From NCBI GenBank assembly GCA_045804965.1, contig JBJMMD010000016.1:293642-357641 (forward strand): a stretch of 64,000 nt of DNA, read 5' to 3'. Shown in pieces: positions 8,815 to 17,640 of this stretch. Made by a program: the position numbers and the translations under genes. The stretch's first letter is position 1, and each line of letters starts with the position of its first letter. The DNA comes from Thermomicrobiales bacterium (lineage in GTDB: Bacteria; Chloroflexota; Chloroflexia; Thermomicrobiales; UBA6265). The notes under the pieces are model-generated. The model was not told the DNA's origin, did not search any database, and saw nothing but the letters and a program-made list of their open reading frames with translations.

Positions 8815-8948
8815 CGCCGGACTGAAGTCCGGCGCTGAAACGACGAAGTCCCATTCGGGACTGAAATCGTCATTCCGAGCCTGCCGAGGAATCTCGTGCT
8901 CCTACTACTGTAGAACGAACAAGATTCCTCGACTTCGCTCGGAATAAC
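8815..8948. repeat. cluster of three palindromic units, including a family A inverted repeat
   Basis: Hairpins cgccggact-ga-agtccggcg (8815-8834) and agtccc-attc-gggact (8847-8862). Family A arms gtcattccgagcctgccgaggaatct (8869-8894) and agattcctcgacttcgctcggaataac (8922-8948). It fills the lysW to RimK-paralog gap. Confidence 0.75.
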
Positions 8949-8950
8949 GG

Positions 8951-9114
8951 TTACTCACCCCAGTCCTCGCCTTCTTCCGGCGCCAATCCGAGCGTTAACG
9001 GACTCGTCCCGATGACTTCCAGCTCCGCGCCGCAGTCTGGGCAGGGCACGATTTCGCCCTGCTCGACCCCGCTCAATTCGATTTCCGCCCCGCATTCAGG
9101 ACATGCCGCCATTT
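8951..9114 (-). pseudogene. lysW: LysW amino-group carrier protein, reading frame broken by an apparent 2-nt insertion
   Basis: ATG at 9114 (GGAGAGGAA upstream) gives [18 protein letters not shown]. The frame then shifts at CTCT (about 9059-9062). The next frame reads [35 protein letters not shown]-stop, with the hallmark C-terminal EDWGE. The span is 164 nt, which is 162 plus 2. Confidence 0.75.
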
Positions 9115-9152
9115 ACTCGTTCCTCTCCGCTCGTTTAGATCGAATCGACCCC

Positions 9153-10196
9153 TCAGCACAACGTATGCAGCAGCAACGCTTTATGGACATGTAGGCGGTT
9201 TTCCGCCTGGTCGAAAATGATCGACTGCGGGCCGTCTGCGACCTCGGCCTCGACTTCTTCTCCCCGTCGCATCGGCAGACAGTGCATGAAGACCGCGGTC
9301 GGTTTCGCCATTGCCATCACGCCGGTCGTCACCCGGTAGGCTGCCAGCCTGGTCGCCTTCTGCGTGCTCTCGTTCTGGCCCATGCTCTGGTGGACATCGG
9401 TGTAGACGGCGTCGGCTCCGGTCACGGCCTCCTCGAGGCGCTCAGTGACGGTAATCTTCGCCCCGCTCGTCGCGGCCAGTCCCTGAGCGATGCGGACAAT
9501 TTCTTCCACGGGATGGTAGTCAGCGGGGGCGGCCACGTTGACGTTCACGCCCATCGCCGAGCAGGCGAGGAGCAACGAGTTGCACATGTTGTTGCCATCG
9601 CCGAGGTAGGCAAAGGTCTGGCCCTTGAGATCGCCGAACCGTTCTTGGAGCGTAAACAGATCGCCCAGCGCTTCGATCGGGTGAGACTTCTCGGTCAGAC
9701 CGTTGAACACGGGCACCGATGCGCCCGCCGCAAAATCGAGCAGGTCCTGGTGCCTCGCGATGCGGCAGGCAACGGCATCGAGATACAAGCTCATGATCTC
9801 GGCGGTATCCTCGATCGTCTCGCCCCGGCGCAGTTGCAAATCGTCGGTACCGAGGAAGATCGTGTGCCCGCCGAGTTGCTCCATTCCGACCTGGAACGCC
9901 GTCCGGGTGCGCGTGCTCGGGTGCTGGAAAACGAGGCCGAGCGTCTTGCCGGTCAGAAAAGTGTGCGGCAGACCACTCCGCCGCATCCCTTTCAGCCGAG
10001 CCGCGGTGCCGAGCAGCTCGTCGATCTCGTCCGGCGCCAGGTCGGTGTCGAAGAGGACGCTGCGGCCGCGCAGACGCAGGCTGATCCCCGTCGGACCGTA
10101 CTCGCCCCGCGTGAAGCGATCGTCCGGCAATGCCTCGCCATCCCACCCTTGACTATCGTGTTGTGTCGTCGCGTCTACCACATCGGTCCCTAACAC
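9153..10196 (-). CDS. ornithine carbamoyltransferase-family protein, paralog 1
   Basis: FQHPSTRTR, DVHQSMG, HCLPMRRGEEV and FDQAENRLH motifs. It has HPIE where the family has HPxQ. The start (GTG at 10196) is uncertain. There is a roughly 40-aa N-terminal extension before LRGRSVLFDTDL. Confidence 0.75.
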   Translation of the reverse strand: MLGTDVVDATTQHDSQGWDGEALPDDRFTRGEYGPTGISLRLRGRSVLFDTDLAPDEIDELLGTAARLKGMRRSGLPHTFLTGKTLGLVFQHPSTRTRTAFQVGMEQLGGHTIFLGTDDLQLRRGETIEDTAEIMSLYLDAVACRIARHQDLLDFAAGASVPVFNGLTEKSHPIEALGDLFTLQERFGDLKGQTFAYLGDGNNMCNSLLLACSAMGVNVNVAAPADYHPVEEIVRIAQGLAATSGAKITVTERLEEAVTGADAVYTDVHQSMGQNESTQKATRLAAYRVTTGVMAMAKPTAVFMHCLPMRRGEEVEAEVADGPQSIIFDQAENRLHVHKALLLHTLC

Positions 10197-11278
10197 ATCG
10201 TGTGGAGCAGGAGCGCCTTCGACAGATGCAGCCGGTTTTCAGCTTGCTCCCAAATGATCGATTGCGAGCCGTCGGCAACCTCCGCCGTGACTTCTTCTTC
10301 CCGGTGCATCGGCAGGCAGTGCATGAAGATCGCACTTGGCTGCGCCGTCGCCATGATCTCTTGGGTCACTTTGTACGGAGCGAGCGCGACCGCGCGGGCT
10401 GCGCCATCGGTTTGGCCCATGCTGACGTGAACGTCGGTATAGACTGCGTCCGCATCCTTCGCCGCGACGTAGGGATCGTCAGAAACGGCGATCTTCGCGC
10501 CCGAGGCGCTGCCGAGCCACGTCGCGTGCTTCACCACGTCCGGAGCGGGCTGGAATTTCTCAGGCGCCGCCACCGAGACGCTGATCCCCATCGCCGCACA
10601 CGACAGCAGCAACGAACACACGACGTTGTTGCCGTCGCCGAGATAGGCGAGCTTCAGCCCTGCCAGCGTGCCGAACTGCTCTTGCAGGGTCAGCAGATCG
10701 GCCAGCGCCTGCAACGGGTGGCTCGTGTCGGAGAGCCCGTTCAGCACTGGAATCGAGGCCGATGCATGCAACGTCTTCAGATCGTTGTGGTCGGCTACGC
10801 GGGCGACAATCGCATCAACGTACCGGCTCAAGATCTGCGCCGTGTCGCCAATCGTTTCGCCCCGCTTCATTTGCAGGTCGTTGACGCCGAGAAAGATCGC
10901 CTGACCGCCAAGCTGGGCCATGCCGGCTTCCAAGGCAACCCGCGTTCGCGTGCTGGGATGTTGGAAGAGCATGCCGAGCGTTTTACCCGGCAAGTACGGG
11001 TGCGGCTCGCTCTTTTTGTGCAATCGCTTCAGCCGGGCCGCGGTTTCCAGCAGCTCGTGAATCTCGTCGGGCGTCAGATCGGTGTCGACCAGCACACTTC
11101 GCCCGCGGAGGCGGGTCGAGAGACTAAACGTCGCGATCTTGGACGTGGTCTGACCGCCGAGGGACACGGTGCGCGCGGCCGCCGGCATATCCGGCGTGAC
11201 CACCGGCGCGGTCGGCATCGTATGCAGGGCAGGACTATCAACAATAGGGGGCTGTTTGGCAGTCGAGAAGTCTTCCAT
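10190..11278 (-). CDS. ornithine carbamoyltransferase-family protein, paralog 2
   Basis: FQHPSTRTR, HPLQALADL, DVHVSMG and HCLPMHREEEV motifs. ATG at 11278 has GGAGGG 8 nt upstream. The ORF-track extension to 11641 is the T-box leader. Confidence 0.8.
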   Translation of the reverse strand: MEDFSTAKQPPIVDSPALHTMPTAPVVTPDMPAAARTVSLGGQTTSKIATFSLSTRLRGRSVLVDTDLTPDEIHELLETAARLKRLHKKSEPHPYLPGKTLGMLFQHPSTRTRVALEAGMAQLGGQAIFLGVNDLQMKRGETIGDTAQILSRYVDAIVARVADHNDLKTLHASASIPVLNGLSDTSHPLQALADLLTLQEQFGTLAGLKLAYLGDGNNVVCSLLLSCAAMGISVSVAAPEKFQPAPDVVKHATWLGSASGAKIAVSDDPYVAAKDADAVYTDVHVSMGQTDGAARAVALAPYKVTQEIMATAQPSAIFMHCLPMHREEEVTAEVADGSQSIIWEQAENRLHLSKALLLHTMC

Positions 11279-11625
11279 GGTGGTTTCCCTCCGGCTCTCG
11301 TCCGAGACGAGACGCTTCGCGCCTGCAACGTCCATTCGTCGCGGGCCGAAGGGGCGAGAGGCGTCAACTCCCGCGGTACCACCCTTCTTGCGCTGGGTTG
11401 ACCGAAGATCGGTCTGAGCGGCAAAACCCTGCGCATCTCTCGGTTGTTGCTCGCTTGGGAACCACCCAACCGGACCTACTTGCCATCCATCACCGACGTG
11501 CAGGACGCTTTCTTCGGCCGGCCGCTCAGGGGCGCGTTCCGGGTTCGGGCGCAGTTCCTGGACTTCCACCGTCTCCAGGTCGCTTCGGCGCGCGAGCCCC
11601 GTACTCCTCCCCGTCAATGCGGGCT
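11279..11625 (-). promoter_or_regulatory. T-box riboswitch leader (candidate Arg specifier CGC at 11534-11536)
   Basis: Read on the minus strand. K-turn CCGC-AUU-GA-C-GGGG pairs with CCCC-U-GA-GCGG. The 5-prime specifier-loop strand is AGGAGUA. AG bulge AGCGA is followed by stem CCUGGA/UCCAGG with distal loop GACGGUGGAAG. T-box core GGGUGGUACCGCG lies at 11372-11384. The antiterminator is GAAGGG[UGGUACC]GCGGGAG..CUCUCGCCCCUUC. Confidence 0.85.
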
Positions 11626-11785
11626 GGATGAGCGACAACACTGCCGCCCGTCCGTGAATACCTAAAAATTCAACTGTCAGGCTGTGGGTGAGCGCTGGCG
11701 GGCGACCGTCAGCGCGCGGTACGGAACCGTCGCGTCGGTCGCCCGAGCGGAGAGCGGGAGAGGCTCTCCGGGTGTGTTGTCAGCC

Positions 11786-13045
11786 TCATCGCATGACCTC
11801 CGCGTCCTGATGCAACCGCCGGTCCCGCTGCGCGGCGACCTTCTGTCCGAGTCCGAAGAGCCGGATAAAGCCCTCCGCGTCCGCCTGCCGGTAGACGTCA
11901 TCGGCTCCGAACGTCGCCAGGTCCTCTTCGTAGAGGCCGAATGGCGATTTTCGCCCGACCGCGACGCACGTGCCTTTGTAGAGTTTCAGCCGAACATCAC
12001 CGCTAACTGGTTCTTGCGTCTTCTCCACGAAGGCATCAAGCGCGGCTTTGATCGGCGTGAACCAGAGGCCATTGTAAACCAGATCGGCATAGTTAATTGC
12101 AAGCTGATCTTTTTGTCGCATGGTGAGCTTGTCGAGCGTCAAGTGCTCAAGCTCGCGATGGGCGGTCGCCAAGATCGTCCCACCCGGCGTTTCGTAGATG
12201 CCCCGGCTCTTCATGCCGACAAGTCTGTTCTCGAGCAGATCGACCCGGCCGACACCGTGCTTGCCGCCGAGCTCGTTCAGCAGCGCGAGCAGTTCCAGCG
12301 GTTGCAGCGGCTGCCCATTAACCGCCACCGGCCAACCTTGGTCGAACGCCACGGTGACGTATTCGGCCTCATCCGGCGCGGCTTCGGGCGCCACGGTCAG
12401 TTCGTAGGCATCGCCCGGCGGCTCGTTCCACGGGTCCTCGATTGCGCCCCCTTCATGTGAGAGGTGCCAGAGATTGCCGTCGATTGAATAGATCTTTGCC
12501 TTCGTCGCCGAAACCGGCACGCCGTGCGCTTCCGCATAGGCGATCGCGTCTTCTCGCGATTTGATTTCCCAGTGCCGCCAAGGGGCGATGACCTTCAGCT
12601 GCGGGGCGAGCGCCTGATACGTCAGCTCGAAGCGAACCTGATCGTTCCCCTTGCCGGTGCAGCCGTGAGCGACGGCGTCCGCGCCTTCGAGCATGGCGAT
12701 CTCGACCTGATGCTTCGCAATCAGCGGCCGCGCCATCGAGGTCCCGAGCAGGTACTTGCGCTCGTAGATCGCGCCCGCCCGCAGCGTCGGGAAGGCGTAT
12801 TCCTTGAGGAACTCCTCGCGCGCGTCGACAACGTAGGCCTTCGATGCGCCACTCGCGAGCGCCTTCGCCTCGATGCTAGAGAGATCGTCCGGCTGGCCAA
12901 CGTTGACCGCGGTCGCGATCACTTCGCAGTCGAAGTGTTCTTTCAACCAGGGAATGATGCAGGACGTATCGAGCCCGCCGGAATAGGCGAGAACGACTTT
13001 ACCGAGTGTTTGTTTATCAGTGGAAAAAGCGACCGGCGCGCTCAC
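11786..13045 (-). CDS. argG: argininosuccinate synthase
   Basis: [13 protein letters not shown]-type ATP-PPase motif, 419 aa. GTG at 13045 has GGGAGG 6 nt upstream. Confidence 0.9.
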   Translation of the reverse strand: MSAPVAFSTDKQTLGKVVLAYSGGLDTSCIIPWLKEHFDCEVIATAVNVGQPDDLSSIEAKALASGASKAYVVDAREEFLKEYAFPTLRAGAIYERKYLLGTSMARPLIAKHQVEIAMLEGADAVAHGCTGKGNDQVRFELTYQALAPQLKVIAPWRHWEIKSREDAIAYAEAHGVPVSATKAKIYSIDGNLWHLSHEGGAIEDPWNEPPGDAYELTVAPEAAPDEAEYVTVAFDQGWPVAVNGQPLQPLELLALLNELGGKHGVGRVDLLENRLVGMKSRGIYETPGGTILATAHRELEHLTLDKLTMRQKDQLAINYADLVYNGLWFTPIKAALDAFVEKTQEPVSGDVRLKLYKGTCVAVGRKSPFGLYEEDLATFGADDVYRQADAEGFIRLFGLGQKVAAQRDRRLHQDAEVMR

Positions 13046-13087
13046 GTGGACCTCCCGAGGTGCGGTTCAACCAAACACGAAACGAGG

Positions 13088-13180
13088 CGCCCGCAGAGCG
13101 GGCGGATCCGATCATGCCGAACGGGGTTCGCCCGTCCGGCTGGTACGTGTACGGCTGATTCGCTTCGGAAGCGGCGCCAT
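13088..13180 (-). promoter_or_regulatory. candidate argG leader: 22-codon Arg-rich ORF plus a terminator-like hairpin
   Basis: The minus-strand ATG at 13180 gives MAPLPKRISRTRTSRTGEPRSA, with TGA at 13112-13114; 5 of 22 codons are Arg (CGA, CGT, CGT, CGG, CGT). Hairpin CGCCCGC-UCU-GCGGGCG (13088-13104) is followed by CCUCGUUUCGUGUUUGGUUG and sits 42 nt before the argG start. Confidence 0.3.
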
Positions 13181-13316
13181 GGATCAGTCCAAGAAATGCA
13201 CAACAAAACACGTGACCGACGTCACAATCTGCTGAGAGGGTAGAGGTTCTTGCCGAGGATTGTCAAGAGGAAGCGTCGAATGCGGACCGCTGCCGAACCA
13301 GATGTCCGCCAGTGAT

Positions 13317-13405
13317 ACGACGAAGTCCTTCCCAGACTAGGGGAGCGCGCTTGGGGTTCAGTGTCGAAGAGACTTCGTCGTGTTAGCCTGGACTTCTAGT
13401 CCGGG
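13317..13405. repeat. palindromic element, family C-related
   Basis: Perfect 11-bp arms acgacgaagtc (13317-13327) and gacttcgtcgt (13371-13381), then hairpin cctggact-tct-agtccggg (13387-13405). The same acgacgaagtc and ggact..agtcc modules occur at 8815-8862 and 22837-22853. Confidence 0.65.
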
Positions 13406-13555
13406 ATGCCACTGCCAACATCGCGCGCAAAATGAGTCACGACCTCCCACAAGAGGCCAGAATTCCCAACTCCAACAGCGCTGCTCTCGTATCTAAGTAA
13501 TTCCTGTGGCAAACTACCGCGCGATTTCGCAATGCTTTGCGAGGGCCACACCCAA

Positions 13556-15344
13556 ATGCTCCGGCTTGTTCGTTACCTTAAGCCCTATTGGATCCCGCTT
13601 CTCGCGATGTTGGTTCTGTTGTTTGGCCAGACAACGGCCAACCTCGCACTACCCGACTACATGGCAAAAATCGTGAACGACGGGATTGCGAAACGGGACA
13701 CGAGTGTGGTCTGGCACACCGGACTCAAGATGCTCCTCGTGACGCTGATCGGCGGATCATGCGCAATCGGTGTCGGGTTCATGGCGTCCCGCGTTGCAAC
13801 TGGGGCCATCCGCAACCTCCGAGATGATCTCTTCTCAACAGTTGAAAATTTTTCGTTGCTCGAGTCAGTTCTCGACGGCATCGTTGATCACTCGCTGCAC
13901 AAACGACATGCAACAGATCCAGATGGTGCTGGTGTTGCTTCTCCGTCTTGGGCTGTTGGCGCCGTTCATGGGCATAGGCGCGGTGTTCAAGGCGTATCAA
14001 CTCGCGCCGTCAATGACGTGGATCATGGCGATCGCAATCGGTATTCTCTTCATCATCATCGTCACGCTCTTTACAATCACGATCCCAAGGTTCACGCGAC
14101 TGCAACTCCTTGTCGACAACTTGAGCCTCGTGACTCGCGAAACCCTCAGCGGCGTGCGAGTGATCCGCGCCTTCAATCGGGAGAATTACGAAGAAGCGAA
14201 GTTTGAGCGCGCAAATGAGGACCTGACTCACCTCAATCTCGTTGTCAATCGACTGACGGCGGTGATGCAACCGGTGATGTTACTGGTACTCAACTTCACC
14301 TCGATCACGGTGATATGGGTCAGCGCGCACAAGATTGAGGAAGGCACGCTCCAGATCGGCGATATGATCGCTTTCTTGCAATACGCGACGCAGGCGATCT
14401 TCTCGTTTCTCATGATTTCGATGATTTTCATCATGGTTCCGCGCGCCGCGGTTTCCACGAAACGCGCTGGCGAAGTGCTTGATACGCTATCAAGCATCCG
14501 CGATCCCGACCGGCCGCAGACAGTTCCGAACCATGGCGGGATCGTCGAGTTTCGTGACGTCTCATTTGCCTATCCCGGCGCCGAAGAGCCTGTCCTGCAC
14601 AACGTCTCCTTTGCTGCCCTGCCAGGCCAAACGACAGCGATCGTTGGTCCGACCGGAAGTGGTAAATCCACGCTGATCGGTCTCATCGAGCGCTTCTATG
14701 ACGTAACAGAAGGGCAGGTTCTCGTTGACGGCGTCGATGTCCGTAAGATGCAGCAACAAGAACTGCGCGCAAGAATCGGCTATCTCTCTCAGCGAGCCGT
14801 GCTCTTCTCCGGCACGATCGAAAGCAACATCCGCTACGGAGGTGGGACCTCGCCTGTCGAGCAAATCGAACGTTCAGCAGAGATCTCGCAGGCCACCGAG
14901 TTTGTTGAAAAGCTCGAGCAGCGGTATGGACACGCGATTGCTCAGGGTGGCGCTAACGTGTCAGGTGGGCAAAAGCAACGCTTGGCGATCGCCCGTGCAG
15001 TCGCACGCCAGCCCGAGATCTACATCTTTGACGACAGCTTCTCCGCTCTCGACTTCCGGACCGACTCGATCCTGCGCGCGGAGCTCGCTAACGAGACAAA
15101 GCATCGTACAGTGCTGATCGTGGCACAGCGCATCAGCACAGTCATGCGTGCGGAAAAGATCATCGTTCTCGACGCCGGAAAGGTCGTCGGGGAAGGAACG
15201 CACGAGGGATTGCTGCGGACTAGTCCGATCTACCGCGAGATCGCCGCTTCTCAGCTCTCTGAAGCCGAACTTGCAGTTTCTGGGGTCAGCAAGAACGGCG
15301 GTTCGGCGATCGAGTCTGACGGTCATGGGGAGGGAATTACTTGA
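13556..15344 (+). pseudogene. ABC exporter (fused permease/ATPase, YheI/LmrC-like), frameshifted near 13865-13868
   Basis: The frame from ATG 13556 gives MLRLVRYLKPYW..RDDLFSTVENFSLLE (TM1-2). The family sequence then continues in another frame (ORF 13770-15344) as ..QFSTASLITRCTNDMQQIQ.., with Walker A GPTGSGKST and signature SGGQKQR. Confidence 0.75.
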
Positions 15345-17362
15345 GTTCCCAACGGCCTTCAGCGCAGTCGAATGGACCTGCCCGGCCGACGTTCTTCGGA
15401 CGCGGTCCTGTCGCGATGATGGGAGGTCCGGCGGAAAAACCAATGAACTTCGGACGAACGATCCAGCGTCTCGTTTCCTACCTGCGACCCTTCTGGTTCA
15501 CGCTCATAGTGGTGCTGATTTTCGCAATCGCGAGCACGGTCTTTGCCATTCTCAGCCCTCGCATACTCGGCAATATCACCAACACGATTGTCAGCGGCTA
15601 TACCCAGGAATGAGTCTACGACCAGGTCAAGGCAAGACTACCCCCCGGCACTCAGATCCCTCCAGGAACGACCGGCGCCGATTTCCTGGCCAATCTGCCG
15701 CCAGAAGTTCTCAAGCAGATTCCAGAATCGGAGCAAGCTGATATCGCGACGATGGATCTTTCGCACCGTCCCGGTATCGATTTCGCAGCCATCCGCATGT
15801 CGATCGAGCTCCTGATCGGTCTCTTCTTGCTCAGCGCGCTCTTCAACTACGTTCAAGCGTGGCTGATGACAGGCGTCTCGCAACGAGTGACATTCGATCT
15901 CCGTCGAGGAATCTCGGAGAAGATCGACCGCTTGCCCCTGCGCTACTTCGACACCCGAACTCATGGCGAAGTACTGAGCCGGGTCACCAATGATGTTGAG
16001 ACCATCAACCAAACGCTGAATCAGTCGCTCGCGCAGATTGTGACGTCGGTGACTACGATAATCGGCGTTCTCATTCTGATGATCTCGATCAGCTGGCAAC
16101 TGACGATTGTCGCGTTGCTCGTGCTATCGCTCAGTTTCTTCTTTATGCGCCTGATCATTGGACGGTCACAGGGCTACTTTGTTCAGCAACAGGTTTCTCT
16201 CGGCCAGATTCATGGCCATGTCGAGGAGATATTCTCCGGTCACACGATCATAAAAGCGTTCGGCGGCGAGAAGCAGTCCATCGACACATTCCGAGGTCTC
16301 AACGCGAGCCTCTACGACTTCGTCAACAACCTCGGCTATGTCGCGGTAGCGGTCTTCGGCGGTTGGCCCGCCATCCAAGGCAAGGTGCGCATTGGCGATA
16401 TTCAGGCATTCATCCAGTACATGAACCAGTTCACTCAGTCGATCACGCAAACCGCTAACGTGGCGAACGTGATGCAGTCGACTGCGGCGGCAGCGGAGCG
16501 CGTCTTCGAATTCCTCGACGAACCAGAAGAACGCGCGGATCCGGTAGCACCGGTGCGGCTGACCGACGTCCAGGGCGAGGTCGCGTTTGACCACGTCGTC
16601 TTCGGTTACGACCTCGAGCGGACGATCATCAAAGATTTCTCCGCCCATGTCCAACCCGGACAGCGAGTTGCAATCGTCGGTCCGACCGGCGCGGGCAAGA
16701 CCACAATGGTGAACCTGCTGATGCGCTTCTATGATCCCGATCAGGGGGAAATCCGGATCGATAGGACGTCGACAAAGGAGATGACGCGCGCCGACGTGCG
16801 CCGGCTCTTCGGCATGGTGCTCCAGGACACCTGGCTCTTCACCGGAACGATCGAAGACAACATCGCTTATGGAAGTGACACCGCGACGCCAGAAGCGGTC
16901 CGTGCAGCCGCCGAAGCGGCGCACGCCGACCACTTCATCCGCGCGCTCCCAGGCGGCTACCAGATGGAGCTGAATGAGGAGGCGGACAACGTCTCGGCGG
17001 GTGAAAAGCAGTTACTGACGATTGCCCGCGCCATGCTCGGCAACGCACCGATGTTGATCCTCGACGAGGCGACGAGCTCGGTCGACACGCGAACGGAAGC
17101 GGTGATCCAGCAGGCGATGGACCGCCTAATGATGGGCAGGACAAGTTTTGTGATCGCGCACCGCCTATCGACAATCCGGAACGCCGATCTCATCCTGGTG
17201 ATGTGTGACGGCAACATCGTCGAGCAAAGCACGCACGACAATCTGCTCGCCCAAGGCGGTTTCTACGCTGCGATCTACAACAGCCAATTCACCCCGCCTC
17301 TAATTTCAAATGAGGAACAAGCGACTGTTCCCGCCGAAGCCGCAGCCCAAGCGAGCGATTGA
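15341..17362 (+). pseudogene. ABC exporter partner (YheH/LmrD-like) interrupted by an in-frame TGA at 15611-15613
   Basis: TTG start at 15341 (GGAGGG 6 nt upstream, TTGA overlap with the upstream stop). ORFs 15341-15613 and 15752-17362 are in the same frame, and the stretch between them reads through cleanly (..GYTQE*VYDQVKARLPPG..). Walker A GPTGAGKTT and signature SAGEKQ are present. Confidence 0.75.
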
Positions 17363-17640
17363 GGTTGGGACCCGACCCCTGTTCGTTGTAGGCGTGAACG
17401 GCGTCCGCCCTGGGTCGAAAGCAAACCCGGTACACACGTTGGAACGGCCCTTGTCAGTACGAGGGCGGATGTCCTCCAGCGTAACGAACCATGCAATTCG
17501 CGAATGCGCTTGGTTCCCGGGCGTTCGGGCGATCCAATCCGACATTGCCTGAGGATGCGACAGGTCCGCAATCCGGAATTGACGGTGCGGTAGGCGTTAT
17601 CACTTTCTGAAGAGAAGTTGGCACGCCTTTTGCAAACTGT

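Noticed and set aside
10190-11641. A 483-aa ORF suggesting an OTC with a 120-aa N-terminal extension.
   Set aside because: The extra 121 codons are the T-box leader read as protein. An ATG with GGAGGG at 11278 follows the antiterminator directly.
11642-11785. An AT-rich patch (ctgacagttgaatttttaggtattc) and GC-rich palindromes between argG and the first T-box, as a possible promoter and argG terminator.
   Set aside because: No -35/-10 pair has acceptable spacing and no U-tract follows the hairpins, so a call cannot be supported without transcript-end data.
13138-13149. Plus-strand GGCTGGTACGTG, which resembles a T-box core.
   Set aside because: There is no Stem I, AG bulge or GGUG loop upstream on that strand. 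It lies about 400 nt from the next plus-strand gene and falls inside the candidate argG leader on the other strand.
15611-15613. The in-frame TGA as evidence for an alternative genetic code (TGA as Trp or Gly) or selenocysteine.
   Set aside because: TGA clearly terminates other well-supported genes here, such as lysK, LysX paralog 2 and the P-loop gene. No SECIS-like hairpin is apparent. A nonsense mutation or a base error is simpler.
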